Of a stretch of 64,000 bases of DNA, positions 36,269-43,998 are shown piece by piece. The stretch comes from a virus. The translations under genes were made by a program, and so were the position numbers. Within the stretch, counting starts at the first letter, position 1; the number at the start of each line of letters is the position of its first letter. Location: positions 987-64,986 of IMG/VR virus record IMGVR_UViG_3300028840_005768; one strand, written 5' to 3'. The notes under the pieces are model-generated. The model made no database searches. It saw nothing but the letters and a program-made list of their open reading frames with translations, and was not told the DNA's origin.

Positions 36269-37280
36269 TGTCAGTAGCTCCCTTTCGATCGAGGTAATCA
36301 GCAGAAACAGACTTGAGAATCATGCGTCCTTGCAGAACGTCGCTCCATTGCTCCTGCAATGGCGTAATGACGATGCCTTCTCGCCCCTTGAACTTGCAGC
36401 GGATCTGACCCGTCGTTGTCACCGTGGTCGGGCCGTGTGTATACTCTTCGACCAGGTCGGGTGAGAAGGGGCCTTCGTAGAAAAGAGGAACGGTGGGAAT
36501 CTCTTGACATTCATCAACCAGTTCCGCCCAGTCGAGGTACTCGCCACCGATACTGATGTCGAAGATGCGGTAGCCGAGCCCGCCGTAGTCCATGTCTTGG
36601 ATGCCTGGTCCGAAGATTTCACCGAACACGACCACCGGCTCCCCGCCTGCGCTCAGCATGCGAATGAGATCCCGAAGCTGATCATCTTCGAGCGGCTTCC
36701 AGTAACGGCACACCCTGCCGCGGGCATCATGCTGCTTCAACTGGATTCGATGGCTACCAGCGACCCATTCTCCGTCGATGAGGCCGATGCGACTATTCGT
36801 GCCGTGGATCTTCTCGGTGATGCGGACCGGCGTCCCCTCGGGAATGGCCTCAGGATACCGCCAGTAGTGTTGGATGCTGGTGTAGCGGTGGAAGAGCGGG
36901 TGCTCTGGTATTGAGTCGCCAGGGATCTCTGGCGGCTCATACTTCTTTGCGCCATACAGTTGAGTCACGTCCCAACCATCAATGTTGACGACAAATCCGT
37001 ACGACGGGACACCTCGCAGCCGGCAGGCTGCCACCCGACACTGAGTCTTTTCGCCTTCCCACAAGGCATGCTTGAGATATTGCTGTACCCCGAGCCGAGC
37101 AGAGACGTCCGGCGGCAACAGCATATCGGGCGGGAAGTAGGCGACCTTCTCTCCAGGCCGGTGGGTGTCTTTGGGCACGACAACCTGCGTCCCGAGGATC
37201 TTGGCGATCTCCAATCGGTCCGCATTCGGGTGCGGATCGATCTCCTGAATCTCCTGGATCGTGATCGCGATGTCGCTCAT
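36261..37280 (-). CDS. RNA ligase (DRB0094/Rnl2-like) with N-terminal OB domain
   Basis: HPNADRLE.A.I.G..VVV, TEKIHGTN (motif I), FGEIFG, YRIFDI, REGIV, LKSVS.DYL. Confidence 0.9.
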   Translation of the reverse strand: MSDIAITIQEIQEIDPHPNADRLEIAKILGTQVVVPKDTHRPGEKVAYFPPDMLLPPDVSARLGVQQYLKHALWEGEKTQCRVAACRLRGVPSYGFVVNIDGWDVTQLYGAKKYEPPEIPGDSIPEHPLFHRYTSIQHYWRYPEAIPEGTPVRITEKIHGTNSRIGLIDGEWVAGSHRIQLKQHDARGRVCRYWKPLEDDQLRDLIRMLSAGGEPVVVFGEIFGPGIQDMDYGGLGYRIFDISIGGEYLDWAELVDECQEIPTVPLFYEGPFSPDLVEEYTHGPTTVTTTGQIRCKFKGREGIVITPLQEQWSDVLQGRMILKSVSADYLDRKGATDNG

Positions 37281-37684
37281 TGGATCTCCAGAACGTCGCC
37301 GGAAAGACAGGTGATATGGGCGGGAATGTTGACGTGCAGGCGACCACCGCTTCGTGTGAGACGAACAGGCATCTTCTGGAGGGATTCACCGCCACGCCGG
37401 TGACACAAGACCGCTTGCCGCGCTTCTGCTTGGCGAGGGGGCGTATCAAGCCCGGTCACCTCGTAGAGTGACTCTTGTCGATCGACGACCTTGTAGTCAC
37501 ACACACCGTCCAAACGCAGTTGACGTAGGATGCGATCTGGCGAGGCAGGGGCAATCTGTGTTCGTTGGAAGATCCAGTCATGCAGCTCACGAATGTGAAA
37601 TTGCTGCGGCCCGTCGTGCCAGCGCTGCCGCATGAATTGGGCGACATGGTCACCGATGTTGGTTTGTACTCGCTCTAGGCTCAT
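37277..37684 (-). CDS. winged-helix-like protein
   Basis: F..RELH..I..SPDRILRQLR..G..Y..V. Confidence 0.6.
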   Translation of the reverse strand: MSLERVQTNIGDHVAQFMRQRWHDGPQQFHIRELHDWIFQRTQIAPASPDRILRQLRLDGVCDYKVVDRQESLYEVTGLDTPPRQAEARQAVLCHRRGGESLQKMPVRLTRSGGRLHVNIPAHITCLSGDVLEIQ

Positions 37685-37932
37685 TCAGATACTCCGAAGG
37701 TTCGTTGAAGGACTTTGACGGTGAGTGGAGTCACTCGGCCGGCATCCAAAGGAACGGTATGTTTCACCTTTTCTTGCAGGATGCGGGCGGCTTCCACGGT
37801 GACCGGGCTGATGCCGGCATTTGCGGCCTGCTGCAGCTCTTTGATTTGCTGGATGCAGCAGTGCTTGATCTTCTTGCCGCTGCCACAGGGGCAGGGAGCG
37901 TTGCGTTTGATTCGAGTGCTGAGTAGTCTCAT
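37681..37932 (-). CDS. SEC-C motif protein
   Basis: RNAPCPCGSGKK.KHCC. Confidence 0.85.
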   Translation of the reverse strand: MRLLSTRIKRNAPCPCGSGKKIKHCCIQQIKELQQAANAGISPVTVEAARILQEKVKHTVPLDAGRVTPLTVKVLQRTFGVSE

Positions 37933-38297
37933 CCCTGGTACCCCGTACCGGCTGCAATCAGCTCAGCCGCCACCCGCTTCGAGATGGGGAGGAGTTCAGT
38001 CTCACCGCCGCGGATCACCGACAGTTGGCACTGCTCGAAGCCGGGCGGTAGGCAGACAGAGAGGTCATCAACAGGCGTCAGAATCTCACGGGTGCCCTTT
38101 CTGGTAGGCCACTCGATCGAAGAGGCGATCTTGCATCGTCCACCTTCAAACGAGATACCGGCGGCAATCAGCGCGAGAGCAACCTTCCTGGAGATGCGAT
38201 GATAATCATGGTGGCCACGTACAACTTCCAGTGCGTCGGGCAGCAAGACGCAGATGCTGTCAGGTCGTGGCAGTGCTGGTACGCCCTTGGTGATCAT
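37929..38297 (-). CDS. hypothetical protein with internal repeat
   Basis: ISRKVALALIAAG / ISKRVAAELIAAG duplicated. Confidence 0.6.
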   Translation of the reverse strand: MITKGVPALPRPDSICVLLPDALEVVRGHHDYHRISRKVALALIAAGISFEGGRCKIASSIEWPTRKGTREILTPVDDLSVCLPPGFEQCQLSVIRGGETELLPISKRVAAELIAAGTGYQG

Positions 38298-38299
38298 TG

Positions 38300-38845
38300 T
38301 TAGAATCCTGGTAGCTGAAGACGAGTTACTTGGGTTACGGGTGATTTGGCAGGTTCAGGCGGGCGGACTATTTCTGGAAGAGCAAATGTCTGTTCTGCGA
38401 TCTGACGCCCACTAAATGCCTTAGGTTTATGGAATAGGCTGAGATCAAATCCGACGTCCTGTTTAGTGATGCGTGGCGCTTTACAAGGGCTTTTCCATTG
38501 AGTTCGATTACAGGCCTCCGCCCACAAGGCTTCAGCGTTCTCTGGAAGTTCAAGCTGTGTACCAAGCTGAATCTTCCAGGATGTTCCAAGTAAGACCCAT
38601 GGCTTATCCCAGCCAGAGCATTGGATCTTGGCGACATAGGGTTGAAGCTTTTCGATGCTGTAGGCATCGCCTTTTACTTCTGCCAAGAGGCATTGATTGA
38701 TGATGAAATCGGGGATGTAGTAATGGAGGTCGAGTTCCTCATATCTCCATTCCCAGCCGAGCAGATCAAAGAGCGCTGCCCAACGTGCCTCTGCTCGACT
38801 GCGGAATTGGATGTTGTGATAGGTGGTAGGAATGCCGTGTTTCAT
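38300..38845 (-). CDS. PD-(D/E)XK-type endonuclease-like protein
   Basis: FRSRAEARWA.LF..LGW.W.YE..YIPDF..AEVKG. Confidence 0.8.
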   Translation of the reverse strand: MKHGIPTTYHNIQFRSRAEARWAALFDLLGWEWRYEELDLHYYIPDFIINQCLLAEVKGDAYSIEKLQPYVAKIQCSGWDKPWVLLGTSWKIQLGTQLELPENAEALWAEACNRTQWKSPCKAPRITKQDVGFDLSLFHKPKAFSGRQIAEQTFALPEIVRPPEPAKSPVTQVTRLQLPGF

Positions 38846-38850
38846 GTGAA

Positions 38851-39680
38851 CCTTGCGTTGACGCGATGGGATTCGATCCGATTAGACGCACTCTGATTTG
38901 ACGAGCGAAGACATAACAAACCGGGATAAGCCTTGTTTCAACCACTCCAGACTCCCAGAGGAACTGGGAGTGGTTGCCTCTCAACGAGAGGTAACCTTGC
39001 GTTGTTTGGATTCGATTCGACCGGACACAACTAGATTCAATGCGACAAGGTCGGACTTAACTTGACCAAATGCACCATGGATGAGTAATCGTTGTAGTTT
39101 TGTTTCAACCACTCCAGACTCCCAGAGAAATCGGGAGTGGTTGCCTCTTAATGAGAGGTAACCTTGCGTTGACGTGACCAGACGCGACCCAATGAGATTT
39201 GACCTGACCAGACACGCCTTGACCTGACAAGACCTAACAAGACCTGACGAGCCCTGTTTCAACCACTCCAGGCTCCTAGAGGAGCTGGGAGTGGTTGCCT
39301 CTCACCTGGGTGAGAGGTAACCTTGCGTTGCTAAGATCCAACCGAATATGACAAGACGAAACTGGGTATGATACGACGCGACAAGACACGATATGACCCG
39401 ATATGACCGGACCAGTTTCAATCACTCCAGGCTCCCAAGGAGCCGGGAGTGGTTGCCTCTCAATGAGAGGTAACCTTGCGTTGCCACAGTGTGACGGGAC
39501 ACAATGAGACCCGACAAGACACAACAAGCACGGACTTAACACGACATGACGGGCTGGGTTCAACCACTCCAGGCTCCCAAAGGAGCCGGGAGTGGTTGCC
39601 TCTCACCTGGGTGAGAGGTAACCTTGCGTTGACAAGATACAACTTGACCGGACCAAACTTGACTTGACCGGACATGATGA
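38851..39680 (-). repeat. array: 5 full 68-74-nt double-hairpin repeats plus 1 partial, alternating with 6 pentamer-periodic tracts (NN-RTY units)
   Basis: repeats 38935-39003, 39102-39170, 39256-39329, 39415-39482, 39558-39630, partial 38851-38859; tracts 75, 98, 85, 85, 75, 50 nt; 74 of 88 in-phase pentamers carry RAY on + (43 GAC). Confidence 0.95.
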
Positions 39681-39688
39681 GTCCCGCC

Positions 39689-40276
39689 TCACGCAGCCTC
39701 TGCGGTGGTCCCTTCCGCCCACTCGAACTTCACCGGGCGGAAGCGACCGTAGTAGCCGTTGTTTCGCGGCCGAAAGCGACCGAGGCCAATGAACTGGCCG
39801 GCTTCAGTAAGCACCTTCTCGAAGATTTCACGAGTCACTGTGTCATCAAGGATGTAGAAGGTGATCGTACCGGCCCACTTGTCGATTTTGGGGAAGCACT
39901 TCTCAACACGGCTTCCGCCACCACGCTGGCCGTTGCTTGGCACGAAGAGCCATTCACCCGGTACATCGGAGGCCTTGATTCCGAGGTCAATGGGTTCGGT
40001 AACCATGACACCGGCCTCAAAGTGCTTGGTGTAGGTCGCCTTCCCCTTGCCGGGGATTTGAAGCCCAAGGAACTTTGCCGCCTCTGAGAGACAGTTTTTG
40101 AGCGCCATGGGCGGAATGATTACGTTGCCCGCTTCGTTGACATGCATTCGCATACGCCAACAGCGGGTCTCATGGTCCTTCGGCAGCTCACGATCGCGGC
40201 GGGGCTCGCTGATGTACTTGGATTGCGAGTACGGCGAATTCGCAGCCGATTCAAGGGTCACAACACAGGTTTGCAT
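39689..40276 (-). CDS. stand-alone RAMP/Cas7-like RNA-binding protein (195 aa)
   Basis: N-terminal beta V.L...SPY.QS, IPPMALKNCL..AA helix, FP.I..W.G.I.F, C-terminal Gly-rich loop AGQFIGLGRFRP.NNGYYGRF; GGAG SD. Confidence 0.75.
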   Translation of the reverse strand: MQTCVVTLESAANSPYSQSKYISEPRRDRELPKDHETRCWRMRMHVNEAGNVIIPPMALKNCLSEAAKFLGLQIPGKGKATYTKHFEAGVMVTEPIDLGIKASDVPGEWLFVPSNGQRGGGSRVEKCFPKIDKWAGTITFYILDDTVTREIFEKVLTEAGQFIGLGRFRPRNNGYYGRFRPVKFEWAEGTTAEAA

Positions 40277-40472
40277 GTTTTCTCCAATAGAAAGTAGAAA
40301 CAGGAAGGTTCACGGTAGAAAGTTTGTTACAGTGAGAGTGAGTGTGGGTGTGTTTACATAGGCAATCTCCTTTCTAAATCAGCCTCACTACGCCGTGTCA
40401 CATCTTGCCCGGCTTAGACCGGATGAGTGCTGCCAGGTTGAAACGAACCCAGCCATGTCCCGCGAAGCCGAG

Positions 40473-41561
40473 TTATTCGATGTCTCTCTTTCTGAAGTAC
40501 CGTGCCTCTTTTGGCACCCCACTGTCCGTTAATTCGCGAAACCGAAAGCTCACCGTCTCACCCACGCGGAAATGCTTCCCCTGAAACTCACTCGGCATGT
40601 CGACGCCTGGATGCCTGGTCGCATGTAGCTTCATGGCATCTGTGGTGAACTCTCGCTCGGCATCCGTAAGCCCAGACAGCTCGAGCCGCTTGCCGCGGAA
40701 GTCGGTGATCAGCGCACCAATCTTGCCAAGGTGCTTTGAACCTTTGTCCGTTTTCCGGCCGGAAGTGAAGCCTGTGATCGTGGCCTCAGCGTCCAGGAAC
40801 GGCTTGTACTTGAGCAGGGTACTGACACGCTTCGGTGTCCACGTTGCCGTGGGACTTCGAACGATGACGCCTTCTCCACCGTGACTCAGGACTTCGTCGA
40901 GGAAGCTTTCCAGAGCCTGCCGGGCGCCAACCTCTGTGTGCGGGAGCATGATCTGCTCATGGACCCGAACAAACTCCCCGTGTACACACTGTTGGAGAAA
41001 CTTCAGCTCGCCTGCAAAGGTGGAGCCACGTTCTACCAGGTCAAACCCAGGCCGCACAGCGATCCGCCGCCGCGCCCATGACATGAACTCTTTGTAGCTC
41101 ACGGCACAGTGGAAGTTGGTGTTCTTGATTTCTCCGTCTGCAAACAGACGTTCAGGATGCGGCGATGAGTAGACGGCATACGTGATCTGATCGAACCGCG
41201 GATCGGGACTGTCTCCCGCACAGATCGACCGGCACGTCTGGAAACGGCCCCGTCCAGCCCACAGCTCGCCGTCTAAGAAGCAGGGCGGCAGATCGTCCAG
41301 GAACCAGTCAGGAGCAATGATCGGGTTCCCATAGCGGCTCCAGAGGCCTGTAGCCGTGGGCTTGATCTTGGCCTTCCGGCCGCCCGTCTTGGGATCCGTG
41401 ACCGACGCCCAGGGGACTTCGACCGTAGGGAGCCCGCGGGAGAGGCCGCCGTCCCAGAAGCATCTGGTCCCGTCGAGCTTCTCACTCAGGAACCAGCCGG
41501 CGATGTTCGATTTCTCAGGATTGAACGTCTTTGCCAGTTGTAGGAATTCACGTCGTGCCAT
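40473..41561 (-). CDS. lig: ATP-dependent DNA ligase
   Basis: SEKLDGTR (KxDG), LDGELW, GEG.IVR, LLKYKP..D.E, OB-fold end. Confidence 0.9.
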   Translation of the reverse strand: MARREFLQLAKTFNPEKSNIAGWFLSEKLDGTRCFWDGGLSRGLPTVEVPWASVTDPKTGGRKAKIKPTATGLWSRYGNPIIAPDWFLDDLPPCFLDGELWAGRGRFQTCRSICAGDSPDPRFDQITYAVYSSPHPERLFADGEIKNTNFHCAVSYKEFMSWARRRIAVRPGFDLVERGSTFAGELKFLQQCVHGEFVRVHEQIMLPHTEVGARQALESFLDEVLSHGGEGVIVRSPTATWTPKRVSTLLKYKPFLDAEATITGFTSGRKTDKGSKHLGKIGALITDFRGKRLELSGLTDAEREFTTDAMKLHATRHPGVDMPSEFQGKHFRVGETVSFRFRELTDSGVPKEARYFRKRDIE

Positions 41562-41649
41562 GGGTACCCTCGTTTCGAAACATGCAGTTGGCTTGTATCT
41601 ATGTGTCTCTGAAAAAGGGTGCTTTTGGTTGGCACAAAACGATATTTTC

Positions 41650-42285
41650 TCATGCGGCCTCTTGGAAACGCTCATAGAGTCGTTTTCGTAGGTGGGAGAC
41701 GTGTTGTTGAGAACACTGAAGACGTTCGCCAATTTCGTGATCCCGATATCCTTGGAGCCGGAGAGAGATGATCTGTTGGTCCAGTGGATCCTCACAACAC
41801 CCCTCAATTTTTTCTAACAAGAAGACCACTTGAAAAGGGTCAGTAAGAGGTGGATCGACAGTGTCTATTGAGACAACATATGGGGGAATACACGTATCGC
41901 TATGTCTTTGTGTCCTTGCGGGAACGGGAATCGTGTTTTCCTCTCTTGCATGGTCATTGATGCTGCAATAGATGCTCTCTCGCAGGAAGCCTGTTGGATT
42001 AGGTTCTTCGATGACATCGGCTAGCGCCAGTTGATTCACCGCTTTGGTCAAAGCTAAGAAGCCCTCACTGATCAGATCGTCGCGTAGAAAATCTATGTAC
42101 GGGTGCTCGTGCAAATAAGCAGCCATTAAAACAATGACAAGAGCCATGTTCCCTTCGATCATCCGCCTCTTGGCATCAGGGTCACCTTGACGAACGCGCA
42201 CGTACAGCGCGTCGTTCTCTTTGCGCGAACAGGGTTGAATCCCGCAGCGAACTGCTTGCTTGGAAATTGGGTTGTGTCGGTTCAT
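41650..42285 (-). CDS. sigma-70-like factor
   Basis: GD.DA...MI..NM.LV (2.1), DL.SEG..AL..AV (2.2), EIG..L.CSQQ.VS.L (4.2). Confidence 0.8.
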   Translation of the reverse strand: MNRHNPISKQAVRCGIQPCSRKENDALYVRVRQGDPDAKRRMIEGNMALVIVLMAAYLHEHPYIDFLRDDLISEGFLALTKAVNQLALADVIEEPNPTGFLRESIYCSINDHAREENTIPVPARTQRHSDTCIPPYVVSIDTVDPPLTDPFQVVFLLEKIEGCCEDPLDQQIISLRLQGYRDHEIGERLQCSQQHVSHLRKRLYERFQEAA

Positions 42286-42767
42286 TTGATGTCGTTTCTT
42301 GTGAAAACCCAAAGTCGATTGCCATAGAACTTGTCGGCCTCGCACCTTTCTCGCGAGTATTGATAGGTCTCGCCGTCTGGATCGAAGATGTCCCCGTACC
42401 GGTAGTGGACCGCATGATGACAACGCAGCCCACGGCCTTCGAGTACACCGAATGTGTTCTCGATGAACCAAGTGAAGCGAGCCCAGTTGTCTTCAAACCA
42501 GACACGTACTCTGTCAGCTCCCCTGCTTGCGCGAATGACAGGCGCCACTTCCACAGGTGTGCAAGCAAACCCGTGCTGCCATGCAGCGTGAATCAATTCC
42601 TGCGGATGGAACCCACGCCGTTGCATCGGTTCCGCCAACTTCGGGAACGCAATCTCGCCGCCGTTATGCCCGATCTCGTCGATGAGTTGTTGCACCGGTA
42701 TCCCGATCGCCATGGCGAATGCCGCCACTGAACAGGACCAGCGATTAGGTTTCCTCTGTAGCCTCAC
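42282..42767 (-). CDS. C39-like cysteine peptidase domain protein
   Basis: Q.....SC..AA.AM, HAV.Y..I.DP. Confidence 0.5.
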   Translation of the reverse strand: MRLQRKPNRWSCSVAAFAMAIGIPVQQLIDEIGHNGGEIAFPKLAEPMQRRGFHPQELIHAAWQHGFACTPVEVAPVIRASRGADRVRVWFEDNWARFTWFIENTFGVLEGRGLRCHHAVHYRYGDIFDPDGETYQYSRERCEADKFYGNRLWVFTRNDIK

Positions 42768-43176
42768 GATTCAACTCCTCAAGCATGACATCGATGTCGT
42801 CAACAGTCGGCAGATCCCAGGAGTCCTTCCAGTAATCACGCCAATTCGGCAGAGCGAAGAGCTTGTCGTACTCTTCCTGCGTGGCGGCGGTGAGAATCCA
42901 GATGCCGACGCCAAAATGATCCCAGATGGGCCACTTCCGACGTTGAGCTTTGGTGAAGCTGTAGCTCTCAGGGTTCTTGCAATCGATCCACCGGCCGCCC
43001 CACTTGGGGTGGTGAACCCATAAATCAGGAATGCCTTTCTGGAAGGCGTTCCCGTGCATCACTTCAACCAGCCATCCCCGGGCCTGTAGAAAAGCGATTA
43101 CGTCTTTCTGAATGTGCCATTCGGGTCCATGCTTGGCTCGTCGTATCAATCCCATAGAAACTGTCCATTCTTCCAA
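42745..43176 (-). CDS. VRR-NUC/PD-(D/E)XK resolvase-like nuclease
   Basis: E..IQ..VI.FL..RGW..GIPDL..W.DCK..T..Q. Confidence 0.75.
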   Translation of the reverse strand: MEEWTVSMGLIRRAKHGPEWHIQKDVIAFLQARGWLVEVMHGNAFQKGIPDLWVHHPKWGGRWIDCKNPESYSFTKAQRRKWPIWDHFGVGIWILTAATQEEYDKLFALPNWRDYWKDSWDLPTVDDIDVMLEELNREATEET

Positions 43177-43461
43177 ACCAGATGATCACAACCTGGCTTT
43201 TGGTAACGTACCCACACGCGAGTCTCGCGAGACCGTTGGAATCGCCGTGCGTGGAAGAGCGCTCGATGTCTTGCTTCTTGTGCCGCATCCGTCTCGTTTG
43301 TGATGACCCAACGGCGCGTGGTCCAGGCGAAGCACAGGAAGCAATGTTTCTGGACGTGACGAGTGAACCGATACTTGGGACGGATCGAGAGCGTCAGTTG
43401 CCACAGACCGGTGTCTGGATTCTTGGTTTCAACCTCATAACGCAAAAGCATGGCTGCCCTT

Positions 43462-43998
43462 TCAGAAGCAGTAATCCAAATCAGCCAACTCTTGCCAAAA
43501 CTGGGACGCCACCAGTTCACGCGTTTCATCATCGTAGAACTCACGATAGGGACGTCCTTCACGGAGATGCGAGACGTTCCACTGTTCAATGACGGTGGGC
43601 TCAACACCAATCTCTGCAAGGACTGCATCGAAGTCTGCTTGCAGGTTTTCAAATCGAAGAATTCGATTGGTCCATTGCAACCCACGAAAGGATCCCAAAC
43701 GGACGTAATCGTTCGGGTTTTGAAAGAAGAGGGTGATCCAGTCCTTGAATGAACGCACCTGGCCGCCGAGCTTACGCTGGTAGTGGAAGTACCATGACAC
43801 CATCAGGTCGAATGGATTGCGGACAGTCGACATGATGATGCCGCCAGACTCGAGGATTGGTCTGCACCATTCTGGCAACTGCTCATGGTGACCACCCAGT
43901 TCTGTGGCACCCAAGCTTTCCAGCGTGCGCTTTGTAGCAATCGAGGCAGTCTTGGGGTGGGCAATGAAACCGAGGTTCTTCTTTTTCCAGACGTACAT
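43462..43998 (-). CDS. sulfotransferase family 2 protein
   Basis: F.AHPKTAS (PAPS loop), VRNPFD..VSWY, ILRFENL..D, Y..ET..LV...F..DL..L.Y.F; ATG overlaps polA TGA. Confidence 0.8.
   Translation of the reverse strand: MYVWKKKNLGFIAHPKTASIATKRTLESLGATELGGHHEQLPEWCRPILESGGIIMSTVRNPFDLMVSWYFHYQRKLGGQVRSFKDWITLFFQNPNDYVRLGSFRGLQWTNRILRFENLQADFDAVLAEIGVEPTVIEQWNVSHLREGRPYREFYDDETRELVASQFWQELADLDYCF

Noticed and set aside
38766-39675. ORFs called inside the array (38981..39262, 39276..39563, 39460..39675, 39476..39667, 38766..38984)
   Set aside because: Translations are S/R/V/L/C-rich by-products of the 5-nt periodicity; no SD; repeats conserve structure, not frame.
38851-39680. Canonical CRISPR array
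   Set aside because: Repeats are 68-74 nt, spacers are 50-98 nt and internally periodic rather than foreign-derived, and no cas1/cas2/cas6/effector operon is present.
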